Assembly: GCA_964106645.2 (NCBI GenBank)
Contig: OZ067042.1
Strand: one strand, 5' to 3'
Length of the DNA stretch: 64,000 bases
DNA from: Podarcis pityusensis
Lineage: Eukaryota
Below, in pieces: positions 1 through 11,845 of this stretch. A program made the translations under genes and the position numbers. Positions within the stretch are counted from its first letter, which is position 1. Each line of letters opens with the position of its first letter. The notes under the pieces are model-generated. The model made no database searches. It worked only from the letters and a program-made list of their open reading frames with translations, and was not told where the DNA came from.

Positions 1-1719
1 CTCAGTTGCACTTTCCCTAGAACTTCTGGTGGATGTCAAAAACTACTGAGATGACTAGGCTCTGGACTATGCAAGAGGGAAATTGTTAGTCATTCCTAAT
101 TATTTTGTACAGGTTGTTTTTGTGGGGGGGGGGGAGGGGTCCATAGGACTCAAGGTAGTGTTCTATGCTGGGCCCACATAGGAACAAGAAGTTCATCAAA
201 AGGAATGTACAATGATAAGCCCAGCACAGCACCCAAGGATATACCAGAATTCTCTAAATGAGGTCAGTCAAGTTGGCAGGTGGTGGATAGCCTCATCCTC
301 CCAAGTGGGAACAGGCTGATCCTCAGAGTCATCAGCTCACTGCTCTGGTTTGCAAAACATGATCTTGTGTCTATGTGAAGTTAACTACTGTGCAGAGAAA
401 ATAATGGGCAAGTTGCTATATCTTTGCTCTCACAACCAGGGCCAAAGCATAAAAGCAATTGGTGGAACAATTGCTTCGCATGGAAAAGAGTGACAACATG
501 GAACATCTCTGCTGTCGCTTTGGAGACAACTAGATCAATTCAGGTGCAACTGCTCCTCCCTCTTTCAAGACTAGTCTACACTCATGTTAGCATCTGGTAT
601 AAACTTAATCACTGCTCACAGGGCTGCTTTGCAGTTGCTTAAAGCAGTGGGGGAGGTCTTAAGGGCAAATATGGCAGCTCCCCCTAGAGTACTGTACAAC
701 TGTACCCCAGCCACACACCCTCTCCAGCCCTACTCTCTATTCTTTTTGTGTGTTTTCACATAGCTGGATTGTGGCCTTGAGCTCTGATAGTGCCTCCTGC
801 TTTCCTGAATGGAGGAAGATAAAGGGGTGTCTGTGAGCATGTGTAAAACTCGCCTGCTGTACAAAGATAACATTCACATACATTCTATAAACACACTTTA
901 TGCTGTACTACATGCTGTAGACAGAAAGAAGGTAAGCCTGGTTTTGTGTTCAGGGAGGGGAGCAACGATCTTCTCTATGCTTCTCAGTTATTTGGCAAAC
1001 ACACAGAATGAGACAACACCCCCAAAATTCAGAGAAAGCTATAATGAAATAAACTTTTACCATAACCTATGTTTCCTACATTAGTAAAACCTACACTGAT
1101 TGGAACATAGCTCTTGATTTTTAAGGGGCCCTATTCTATTTTCCAGAACACATTAATGGCATTCACAATTGATACACCCTGCACTAAGAACTGTCCCTGC
1201 TGTCCCTTTTGAAAGTGCCTTCAGTTGCTGATACTTCAACACAAACTCGACTGGAGTCTTTGCTGTTTTTTTCTCTTTTTTTATTGCAGACCTAAAACTG
1301 CATTTTTTTCTCTACAGTTATTATTACAAACCTCAAAAGAGGAGTCAATTAGAGATTCATGAGTAGGAGCAATTAAAATAAGTGAACAAATACATCTTTG
1401 CCAGTGTGGAGAATTACAAAATAGCATGCAAGTCCCCTTTTATGGCTCATTAGTCTGGTTGTAACCAATTTCAGATTCCTGGCACCCTAGAAGAGGCTAC
1501 CCTGGGACATATCGAGGTTCATTTTACAGTCCACTTCTAAAGAAGAATGAGATATTCTTCAGGGTGACAGGAGTTCAGTATAAAACCATTTTATGCTGAT
1601 TATGGTTATACTGGAATACAGATGAGTCAGCCTGCAGGAGCAAATTTTAGTCCATGCAGTCCAAGAGAATGTCTTATCTTGCAGCCCAATCCTAGGCATG
1701 TCTACTAAGAAATCTAGTT

Positions 1720-1858
1720 CAGTGTTTCCCAAACTTGGGTCTCCAGATAGTTTTGGGACTACAACTCCCATCATTCCTAGCTATAGCAGGACCAGTGGTC
1801 AGCGATGATGGGAATTGTAGTCTAAAAACAGCTGGAGACCCAGGTTTGGGAAACACTG
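1720..1858. mobile_element. hAT-type palindromic MITE
   Basis: TIRs CAGTGTTTCCCAAAC / GTTTGGGAAACACTG; 8-bp TSD ATCTAGTT/ATCTCGTT (1 mismatch). Confidence 0.85.
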
Positions 1859-2249
1859 ATCTCGTTCCTTCGGAGTTGTATATTCCTAAGTAAGTGCCAA
1901 AGGATTACAGACTTGTAAGTCCATACATGCCAATATTATTTGGCATATAGGAGGTTTGGAGCATGCTGTCACCAGTACACTGATGATACTCAGCTGTTTC
2001 TCTGTTGTACCCAAATCAAGAGGTGCCATGCAAGGTCTGGACCAGCGCCTTGAAGCAGTGATGAAGACCAAGAAGCCATATCCTTACAAGACAAATCTTG
2101 TGGACCCAGGAACTGGGCAATAATGCATGTTCTGGGCAGGGTTGCACTTGTAGATGCATAGATCTGAGGTGCTCCTTGATCCAACCTTGTTACTCTAAGT
2201 CCGAGTAGCGACAGCGGCTAGCACCATCTTTTACCAGCTTGGGCTGGTA

Positions 2250-2465
2250 CCCCACTTATCATGTCCCTACCTACTTGCCTTTTTTTAAAAAAGGTCCCAC
2301 TTTGGAACCTTTTCTCATAGGGGAGTTGCTCTAGTTCCTTGGTCACTTTGGTTGCCCCTTTCTGCATCTTTTCCAGCCCTATAATATTATTTCTCCAGAA
2401 CTGAACACCGTATTCCAACTATGGGCCTATAATAGATTTGTTATGATTATGACACGGGCATTATG
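2250..2465 (-). mobile_element. CR1 LINE ORF2 fragment
   Basis: Translation EYGVQFW..LEKMQKGATKVTKELEQLPYEKR matches the CR1 RT C-terminal region. Confidence 0.8.
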
Positions 2466-4478
2466 ATTTTGGTAGTTGTGTTTGGTAGTGGCTATCTAAC
2501 AGCTAATTGTATTACGTAATTATGCTAAGCATTCCTTTGAATACAGTGAAATACTTGCATTAGGGTAAACCAGTATTACTTCACAAATGGTCTCTCCTGT
2601 GATAAACCTACATCCTTTACAAGATGTTGGATTTCTACTGCAACAAAAGAGAAATCGGATTCCTCAGAGAATATTCAACTGGTAAATATTACTCAGGCTT
2701 TGCTGGTTGGCACATTTGCCTTCAGCTCAGTTTTTCCACAAGTAGCTCCTTACTAGTTGTGTCATTATCAAACTGAGAGCCATTCAGAGGCTGGCACCTG
2801 TGGCTTAAAACATTGTGAATACTGCCCTCTCCATGCCCTGAGAGTCATTGCTACTGCTTCTTCAAACAAGTCTTATTGTTTACGACAGGGGTGGAGAACC
2901 AAAGGGGTCAGCCCTTCACAGGTCAGTTTGACAGATGGTTGTGGACACCCACTTGTCATATGGTATCAGGTGAGTGTAACTTCAACCTAGGACTGCAGAG
3001 GAAGAACGGTGAGCACTTTCTAAAGCCACAGCTTTTTGAATTTGGTGTGCGGAAGAGAAAAAGGTGTCAAAAACAAAAAGTGCCGAATTTTGCCTGCAAA
3101 GGAAGATTCAGGAACTACAGCTTGAACTTTCCTGCACATATAACATCTTGTGTGGGAAAAGTGGCCACGACTTGCCAAAAGTAGCATTTTGGGCCTACCT
3201 CTGAGGCTGAGAACTCAGAGCTTGCTTGTACCTGTGTAACATCCATCCACTCCAAGGGACACAGAAACAGAAAAAAAGACAGGAGAGAAAACCAGCACTA
3301 CAAAGTAAGCAATTCTCAATTGGTGCCATCTATCCAGAGGTGGAGTGCAGAAATATCAGATCTGTGTTTTATATGTAATCAGAGAAAACAGTTCCCTTGG
3401 TTGAGACATATTTGTAACCAGAATTATTAGGAAAACATATTATTCTTTTAGATACTGTAGTTAAGAGCTTCCTATTACAAGTAAGAACACACTACCTATA
3501 AGTTACTTAGCAGCATCCACTTAAAGTGTGCTGCTGTGCACCTGATGCAGCTTGACAGACTAAACACAACGGAGCCGATACTATAGTGAGCAGAGACAAA
3601 GTTTGTATTGTTGTTGGATTCAGACTTTAATACACTTCCTGAACCATATACCATCAACCACACTTCCCCTGGTCCTTCCGTCACAACAACTAAGTAAACT
3701 TACTTTTTCTCTTTTTTTAGGTTACTGTGTAGATTAAGCAAGCAAGTGGCAGAAGAAAGTCAAGGCAATATCCAAAAGGTGCAAGACCGCATTCTAATCA
3801 AGTAAGAAACAAGATGCTCCATTATACAAATCCAGAATTCTGACTACAGGTAACATTCTTTTTAAGTCCAAATCACTATTTAGAAGAGAAGGAAAGGAAA
3901 AGAGAAAGCCTAGAAGTTTGCCACTAAATTTGAAGTTCAATGATTTTTTTTAAAAAATGTCTCAGTTTTTGTGTAAATCAGGCCTTGAGATCAAGGATCA
4001 GAAGCTCCTGACTGAAGGAGGATGACAGCATCATCATAGGGATTTGTGTTCCAGTATTAAGACTATGCTAACACATCAGCAGCTTTGGCTGACAGATTCA
4101 CAACTGAAGCAAGACGAGGAGTGATTTTCTTCTTCTACTGGGGAGGCACTAAGGAGAAGGCAGGGCCACAAATGCTGACCCCTTTTTCCATGTGACAACT
4201 ACTTGCTGTAATTCGGTGTACACTTGTTTGCCCCCACTGCCAAAGGCTTTTGCAGGTTGCTGGGTAGCAGTTGCATAGATGCAGGCACACACGTTGTGAT
4301 TGCAGAGGAAAGCGTGCCTTAGAGCATGGTCCGAGTGCATGATGCACAAGGAATGTATGACGTTTCTTCCTGTGTTCAGTAGCACATCCCCACAGTAAGC
4401 CCAAACAGCACAGGGATGGAGCAGCCGGGGCTGGTGATGCTAGTTCCGCTGATCCACAAAACAGCTGCCTTGGATTCG

Positions 4479-4607
4479 CTATCGGTCCTCATGGAGTTCC
4501 TTCTTCTGCAAGGCTTGGAGCTTGTTCCCAGTTGTTTGATGGACAACTTCTAGTCCATCTGAATCAAGCTCTTCTAGGAGCATCATGATGGCATTGAGGA
4601 TGTTGTT
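4479..4607 (-). CDS. CFAP410: CFAP410 terminal coding exon 7 (129 nt including stop)
   Basis: ttaacag|[42 protein letters not shown]; TAG at 4481-4479. Confidence 0.93.
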   Translation of the reverse strand, partial: NNILNAIMMLLEELDSDGLEVVHQTTGNKLQALQKKELHEDR

Positions 4608-4811
4608 CTGTTAACCCAGGACACACAAGACAAAGGGATCAAAAATGGATCAGGAAATTCACTACTTTGCTGAATTCTAGTCTCTACTAGTACTTGACCT
4701 GCTTAGGGAAGTTTTTAATGTTTAATGCTGTATTGTGTTTTTAATATTCGGTTGGGAGCTGCCCAGAGTGGCTGGGGAAACCCTGCCAGATGGGCAGGGT
4801 ATAAATAATAA

Positions 4812-4850
<39 letters not shown>

Positions 4851-7800
4851 CATACTTTGCCCTCTCACTTTTCTTACACAAACATAGGTTTCTGGATCAG
4901 AGCAAAGGCTCGTCTTGATCAACAAACTGTTCTCACAGTGGCCAGCAAGATGCCTCTGAGAAGCGCAAACATGCGGCAGAACTCCCTTGCTTATAATCTG
5001 CAGCAACTACTGCTCTTGAAAACAACGCTGTCCCATCTGCAGGGCAATACCACAAGACCAGGCATCTCTGAACAGGGGCACTTGGTTTCCTGCTGCTTAT
5101 GGCAAAATATCTCAGGATGAGGTCAATTAATGCATGAGTCAGAACAGGCTACCTTTTGAGAGTCTGCCAGTTATGTTATGATAAAAATCTGACCTTCCCC
5201 TCCCAGACTGCAAGGGCAGATCAGTTACTTAGAATTAACCATGGGATGAGGAAGCAAGGCCGGCCAGCAGCTTCTTCCCTGTAGCCAAGATCTGCTTTAC
5301 CAAGGGAGAGCGAGATAGCAACTCCTTCCTACTACTCAGCAGCAGCAGCATGGTGAGGTGGAGCTGCCCTCCGGACACTGGCACTGCTGCGGCTTTGCTT
5401 TATGGGGTGGCAACAAGATCAGGGTTGTATGGGAGCATTGCCATCCAACCGGAGCTCCTGCAACTGCACAGTTCTGACTTCACCACCACCATGCCCCATC
5501 CCCATCCAGGTTTTCAGCAATGGCTCCAGTGTTGTGAGGGTAGCTCTCCCTCATGCCACATGCTGCTGCACAGGGACAGCAAATTATTCACACATATGCA
5601 GTTTACCCTGCCTATAGGATCCTGCAGCATTTCAAAGAAGCAGGACCAAGCTATTCCTGACTTGAGCGCCACAGCAGGGCTTAGCTCAAAGCAGTGGCAT
5701 AGCGCATCACGCACAAAACACAGAGAGAACTACTGAGAGTGGGGAAAGGTTCTCACACGCACCCGTTTCTTTCGGTTCCCCTCCATCTGCCTAGGGCACA
5801 ATGAGACAAACTTCTCCCTCGGAGCAACAGGCTTCATCCCAAGCTGCTCGCGGATTTTACTGGGCAGGATAAAAGGAAGAGAAAAAGGAAATAAGTAAAG
5901 CAGCCATATGGAAGCACCCACCAGCGCTATCGGAAATGGCAGAGGATAGCTGCTCCTGCTGGACACAAGAGATCAAATCACAAGAGCATTTCAAGACATG
6001 AGCTCTTGGCGTCCCACACAATAACACACTATGTGAATTTACACAGGAAAAGGGAGAATCTCTGTTGAGTCGGACATTCTATAGCAGGGATGGGAAATCT
6101 GTGGCCCTTGATATGTTGTTGGGTTTCATCTCTCATCATCCCTGATGACTGACCATGCTAGCTGGGGCTGATGGGAAATGGAATTCAACAACATACCACT
6201 GTACTGTGGAGAGTGTATTAACTTATGGTCTGTGTGTGTGGTTTGGGGAGCTGCACGGCCAGGGAGAAAACAATGCTGTCCAGGGTTGTAAAGACTGCAG
6301 AGAGAATAATTGGGTGCACTCTTCCCACCTTAGATCAAATCTATGCTGTCAGGTGCCATAAGAAAGCTGCAGAGATAGCGCAGGATAATACGCATCCTGG
6401 AAATGATCTCTTTCAACTTCTGCCTTCTGGAAGAAAGTATAGGGTCATAAAGACCAGGACTAGCTGCCTGAGAAACAGTTTCTACCCAAATGCAATTCTG
6501 GTTTTAAACGCGGTATAAGGAGTCTCTATAGGAGTATATTGTATTTTAAAATGGGGTTTCAGAGTTTTTAGGGGTTTTTGAATGTTTTATGTAGATTTTT
6601 CAATTTCATTGTTCTGTATGGGACAATGACAATAAATATATCGTATCATAGCAGGAGAGGCACAGGTCTCCACCCCCCACCCCCCGTTGTGTATTAATAA
6701 AGTCGCAATAAAGAAATACCACCAGCAAGAAACAGAGCCCTTCTCACTTTGTCTCCTCCAAGGTGAAGTTCATGACTTCATTTTCATTCTCTGCTGTAGA
6801 CTCCGTTACACTGGATTCAGTGGTGGAGTTTTGGCAGAAGTTTTCCACGTCCAATTTGGCCGGGGGTGACGTTATCTCTTCCCCTTCCAGCAGGGAGTGG
6901 GACAGTTCTTCCTCTGTCACCACTGCAAATATCAGGAAAAAAGCAGAGAGAGCATTTTTGTTAGACGGGCTCAGTGCTCTAGGGCTGGCACAGGGAGCCC
7001 TTGTGGGCTAGTTCTTTACTTGCAAGGGGTTTCCCACATGGGTAGTATTAAGAAAATGGGATCCCCAATGGTAGGATTCTACCACCACCACATTTTACTG
7101 CATGTAGACCTAAGAGAAGTTTAAATCAGCAAATGCAAAACACCAACAGAGGCAGGGCAATTTGCCGTAATACACACTCCGATTGTCAAGCTTCTGGAGA
7201 TTTGGAAGGTTGCGCAGCACCGTCATCCGATAGCGATGAGGATCAGGACCACAGCAAGGGTTCTCAGAGAGCCAGAGGATTCTCAGGCGGGGCAGCTTCT
7301 TCAGGTGGAACAGCTCAAGGAGGCTTGCAATATTGTTCCTCCTGAGATAAAGCTCCGTTAAGTTCTGGCACTGGTTCATTGGCTCCAGGCTGGAGATGTG
7401 ATTTGCACTATTGGAGAAAGCAAAGGAAAGTTGGAAACCAGATGCAAATGTTGTTATCTGTATCAGGCTTGCATGACATAAAGCTCATGATCTGACTGCG
7501 ATTCCCCGGGAGAAATACACATTATCTGCAGCACTGCCCTGTCTCTCTGCAGGGGGACGCAGGAAGCCTCATGACAGCAGCAGGGTTGGCACAGGGTGCA
7601 GCAGATCAAGTGCTGGTTCAAAGTCTACCCTCCCACCGCCCTTTCTGCTGGTTACCACTGGCTTAGGTCCTGCTGGTACAACCCACCATCTGGGCAGTCA
7701 CATTAGGCAGCAGCTCCTTGACAGTGGGCCTTCCCCACCAATGCCAAGAGCTCCCTCAGTGACAGAAGATGGTGTAGCCAGGCAGAGTTGGTTAGAGGGA

Positions 7801-9199
7801 CACCTCTGCTGCATCCAAACCCTCTCCAGCAGAATGGACAAGGGGTTTGGAGATCATGCCAATTTAAAACTACAGACAGTATTGTTTATATTACTGTTTT
7901 ATTTAGTTTTATTCATTTATTAAATCTGTATACCACTCTTCATCCATAGATCTCAGGGCTGTCCACAACTTTCCTACAACCAAGTCTTACATCTCTTTAT
8001 CACACTGTCTATATTTTGCATGGTTTTCTTTTAAAAAAACAACACACCCTCTCTTTCAAATATCTTTTAAATATTACCACATAGGGTCTTTCTTATTGTC
8101 AGCATCCATAACAGTTTGCAGTTTAATAGCAAAATTATATTTACTAAGAATAGGTCCCTCTTGTGTTCATGGTGGCTTTCTCCCAAGTAAGTGGGAGAAA
8201 GGAATATAGGAACATGCACACTGCACAATTTTGCCTTCCGTTTTTCTTTCTAGTATTGCTCCTTTCGGTTTCACCTGACATGGCTCTACCCTCACAGAAA
8301 AGGAAGCAAACAAAACTTTAGTGCCCATCACTGACAGGGCAAAGAAGGGCTGATTGTAACTGGGAAGGCTAAAGCTGTTTATTACCATCAGGTGAAGACG
8401 AAGTGCCGATGTTCAGCAGGGGCGTGTGTAAATGTTCACATCCAAGAGATGATCAGAATGGATCTTAACTTACAATCTCCACATACAAGGCACAGATTTG
8501 GTTTAGAAATAAACTGCATAGGGCTTTTTACCAAGCCCCCCCCCCCCCCCAGTTGACTAGCTGGAAAAAAATATTAGCCAGCTAGGGGCTGTCAGAAGAA
8601 GAACTGCGAGCTGCAGTTCTATGCTGAGTGCACAGGAGGAACAGATCACTGCACACATCCTCCACCTCGCCTGTGTGGAATTGTTGGTAGCCATAGGTGA
8701 CCAGGCCACTTATGAAATATAAAGTTTGAGCATTACACCGATCCTGGTCCAACTGCACTGGCTACCAATTAGTTTCAGGGCCCAATTCAAAGTGCGGGTT
8801 TTGACCAGCTCAGGACCACAATACCTCAAGTCATATGAACCTACTCGGACCCTGAGATCATCTTCCAAGGCCCTTCTTTGTGTGCCTCCTCCTAGGGTGT
8901 TTTGGAGGGTGGCAACACAAGAACGTGCCTCCTCTACAGTGGCTCCCTGTCTGTGGAATGCTCTCCCCAGGGAAGTTTGCCTAGCATTTTCATTATACAC
9001 CTTTAGGCGCCAGGCAAAAACACTCCTTGTTAACCAGGCCTTTGGTTGATTTGATTGAAATCCTATGCTCTCATAAAATGTGGGAGATTTTTTTAGGGGG
9101 GTGTTATTGGATTGTTGTTTTATTATGTATTTTGTGGTTTTATATTTTGATTTTATTCTGTCACCTGCTTTGAGACCTACGGGTATATAAATTCAATAA

Positions 9200-9232
<33 letters not shown>

Positions 9233-11845
9233 GAGTTCAGAGTGTTGTATGTAAGCTTACCCCCTCTTTTTACCTGCACATGTAGGAAACCCACAATTAA
9301 AGTATGTAGAATGGCCATCAACAATTATTTACTGTTAGCTAGTACAGTACTGCACATCTCGAATCCTATATATCTAAGTTTATTTTTAAGCTGGTGCTCA
9401 TATTCACAGTGGTACAAGCAAAATATTCTATTATACAGAAGGAAGGTGGGCATTATTTAGTTTCATAACATCTGTTCCAAGCAGAATTGATGGCAAGTAT
9501 GAAAGAGATACAAAGCGCGTGTGGCAGAAGGCAGGCAACCCAACAACCAATCAAGGTAAGAAGATGAAGAAAAGGAGTCAAAATGCTATGCATTCTCAAC
9601 ATGGTAGCAGGTAAATAGCCTGGACTGGTTAGGTTTTCAAGGGAGAGTCCTATTCATCCTCAGAAGGGAGATTTTTATTTCCCCTGGCTTGGTTTATTAA
9701 GCCAAAAATTACCTTTTAACAGACTCCAACACATACCTGAACGTGATTACCTCAATGTTGGGAAGCTCACGGCAGATAGAAATCTAGAAAAAGAGAATCA
9801 AGCAGAAGAGAAGCTTTAGCAAACTTTAGCAGTCTCTTGTTGGTGGGGCAGGGAGGAAGCATGTAGCTTGCTAACTGACCCAGTAAGCCTGTTAGAAATT
9901 TTAGGCACTCATATTGGAAGTTTTGTTTTGCAACCATTTATTTACCTTAGGGCCAAAGAACTCTGAATCAACCAATATTTAAAAAAATAAATAAATCCCA
10001 GGACTACAGGGCTGGAAAGGTCACCTGTGCCAAGGCAGGATGCTCTGCTTCCAAATTACTTACAAAAGATTAGTATCTCTTTTCTGACAACAGCAGCTTC
10101 CTAGGTTCTTAAGACTGTGATTGCTCTGATCTTTTCCTACCAGTAATCATTTTAAGTTGAAGTGCCAAGGATCAAGACTGGGAGCTTCTGAATGCAAAAG
10201 CATGTACTCTACCAATGAGCTATACTCCTTAATGGAGATCAGTACAGGCAGTGAAGGCTCTGGGTCCATTACAGCCATAATGTCAATACTGTAATTCCCA
10301 GCTGGCCGTGAAAGCTAGGCCAAGACAAAGCACAGAAAGGCGGCATCTCAAGGAAGCCAGACAGCTCTGTTTCATACTTACTGGCAATTTCTGCATGAAA
10401 TAGTGGCTGCTGATACTTGTGCTACTGTATAGCCACCTCATCACCTCCTTATTTCTAGTATACTTCTAGTATAGAAGTATAGTTCTAGAAAGAAGCAATA
10501 AGGATCAAGTTATTAACTTTTGCTTCCTCCTCGGAGCTGGTCTCTCTCTTTCTCTCTGTTTGATTTCAACAAGGAACGGCTAAGAACCACTCCTGAACCC
10601 ATTCCTTCCTCTGCTGGGAAAATGCAAGTGCTATAACTGATATAAAGACCTTGCCATATCTACTAATCATAGGAGGACTGAAGCATTTCTCTTTTCCAAT
10701 AACTAAAACATGCAGGAGAAAACTGGATTCTATGCATCCTCTCACTATAATTAGCTTCCGAAGACAAGCAGAAAGCAAAAATTTTGAGATACGCCGACTG
10801 TTCAACAAGTAAGGTATACAAGGGGGGGCATCCAAATTCTCTGCTTCTATCCTTTAAAACAACAAGGGCAAACACCATGCCAATTCACTGTTTTTTTAGA
10901 AAGTTAGGAACAACACTTACATCTGAGATGCGGCTGCCCCTAAAAGAGAAAAACAATCTTTTTAATAGGTGAAACAGATCATGCACTTAAAATGCTGAAA
11001 CAGTATTTATAGCAAGCAAAGGAAAGCCACTTGTGAAAGAGACACAATTAAAGGCCTTTACAAGCATTCTGGCTCTCCTCTGCATTCAATGGAAGTGTGT
11101 CGAGTGGCACTGCAATGACAAGCTCTTCCTCAGCCCCTGTGTACAAATATATCTGTACACATGTCTTTCTGCACCTCTGCAGTGCGTCTACAATTATATG
11201 TGCATGAGCACCTCTCCACACAATCCGAAACCAGTGGAGAATTTGCTATGCACATACGAGTATGCAGGGATGTTGCAAACGTCCCAATGGAAGAGGAGCC
11301 AGACACTGGATGACTGAAAACAGTGCAAGCAATCAGGTATGCGTCCTCCAGATGTTGCTGTTGGACTCCAACTTCCAAGAAGTCAATTTTCTGGCGAAGC
11401 TTCCCCCAAGGCTGCATCTGCTGGGGGCAAAGCACCTGTTGATTTGTGCCAGGCATGCTGCCAAAAGAGACACTGGCCAGGAGGAAACTGTAGCAACCCT
11501 CTCAGGTGCAGCAGCACAACAGGGGAGGAAGAATGGACTGGGTTTTAGCATCTTTATTTTGTGTTTCGACCGCGTGGTGAGATTCCTGCATTGCAGGGGC
11601 TGGACTAGATGATCCTGGGGTCCCTCCTAACTCCATAGAATTGTGGTGCCATTATTCTAACTCCCGGATCTTCCGTTCCCCAGCCCGTCAGCCGCGGACC
11701 CCTCTTCCACCCCGGTTTGCAATGCGGCTCTTCCCTCCCAGCTCCGCCGCTGGCCTCTCTCCCCGTACCAGCAGTTCAGCTTGCGGACGCCGCTGAGGTC
11801 GGTGGCCTTTGCCCGGGAGAGGACCACTTTACGGGTCAGTTTCAT
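4479..11845 (-). CDS. CFAP410: Cilia- and flagella-associated protein 410 (C21orf2/LRRC76), complete 7-exon CDS, 257 aa
   Basis: join(complement) 11769-11845, 10921-10939, 9737-9783, 7178-7407, 6748-6922, 5763-5859, 4479-4607 = 774 nt. All introns are GT-AG and the frame is continuous. Protein [48 protein letters not shown]...[35 protein letters not shown]...[22 protein letters not shown] has the LRR + LRRcap and C-terminal domain of CFAP410. Syntenic with TRPM2. Confidence 0.96.
4710..4845 (+). mobile_element. LINE (L2-like) 3' tail ending in a (TAT)n microsatellite
   Basis: GGGAGCTGCCCAGAGTGGCTGGGGAAACCCTGCCAGATGGGCAGGGTATAAATAATAAA(TTA)n; the same tail occurs at 51349-51397. Confidence 0.7.
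5763..5859 (-). CDS. CFAP410: CFAP410 exon 6 (97 nt)
   Basis: ctgcccag|[32 protein letters not shown]|gtgcgt. Confidence 0.9.
6196..6646 (+). mobile_element. Rex1/Babar non-LTR retrotransposon, 5'-truncated 3' end
   Basis: [79 protein letters not shown] matches the Rex1 C-terminal domain. One frameshift; 3' ACAATGACAATAAA tail; nested in a MITE spanning about 6084-6680. Confidence 0.85.
6748..6922 (-). CDS. CFAP410: CFAP410 exon 5 (175 nt)
   Basis: atttgcag|(M)[20 protein letters not shown]...NFTLEET|gtgaga. Confidence 0.92.
7178..7407 (-). CDS. CFAP410: CFAP410 exon 4 (230 nt)
   Basis: ccaatag|[26 protein letters not shown]...LQKLDNR|gtgtgt; LRRs and LRRcap. Confidence 0.94.
8725..9232 (+). 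mobile_element. L2 LINE 3' fragment with (AAT)n tail
   Basis: [20 protein letters not shown]...P.RTLRSS...[10 protein letters not shown] are L2 ORF2 C-terminal motifs, followed by a T-rich 3' UTR and (AAT)n at about 9200-9232. Confidence 0.85.
9737..9783 (-). CDS. CFAP410: CFAP410 exon 3 (47 nt)
   Basis: ttttctag|[15 protein letters not shown](S)|gtatgt. Confidence 0.94.
10921..10939 (-). CDS. CFAP410: CFAP410 micro-exon 2 (19 nt)
   Basis: ttctcttttag|GGGCAGCCGCATCTCAGAT|gtaagt; encodes (W)GSRISD; restores the frame between exons 1 and 3. Confidence 0.93.
11580..11645 (+). mobile_element. CR1-type 3' tail fragment
   Basis: GATTCCTGCATTGCAGGGGCTGGACTAGATGATCCTGGGGTCCCT, shared with the CR1 end at about 14765-14830 and the SINE at 44627. 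Confidence 0.65.

Noticed and set aside
1-4478. PFKL coding exons or a defined CFAP410 poly(A) site
   Set aside because: No PFK-like peptide is recognisable. A minus-strand AATAAA exists near 1280-1285 but cannot be assigned without 3'-end data.
7818-7850. Plus-strand peptide [10 protein letters not shown] resembles the PFKL C-terminus as I recall it (TLSMDKGF)
   Set aside because: It lies inside CFAP410 intron 3, has no stop after GF, no upstream PFK similarity and no convincing acceptor; most likely chance
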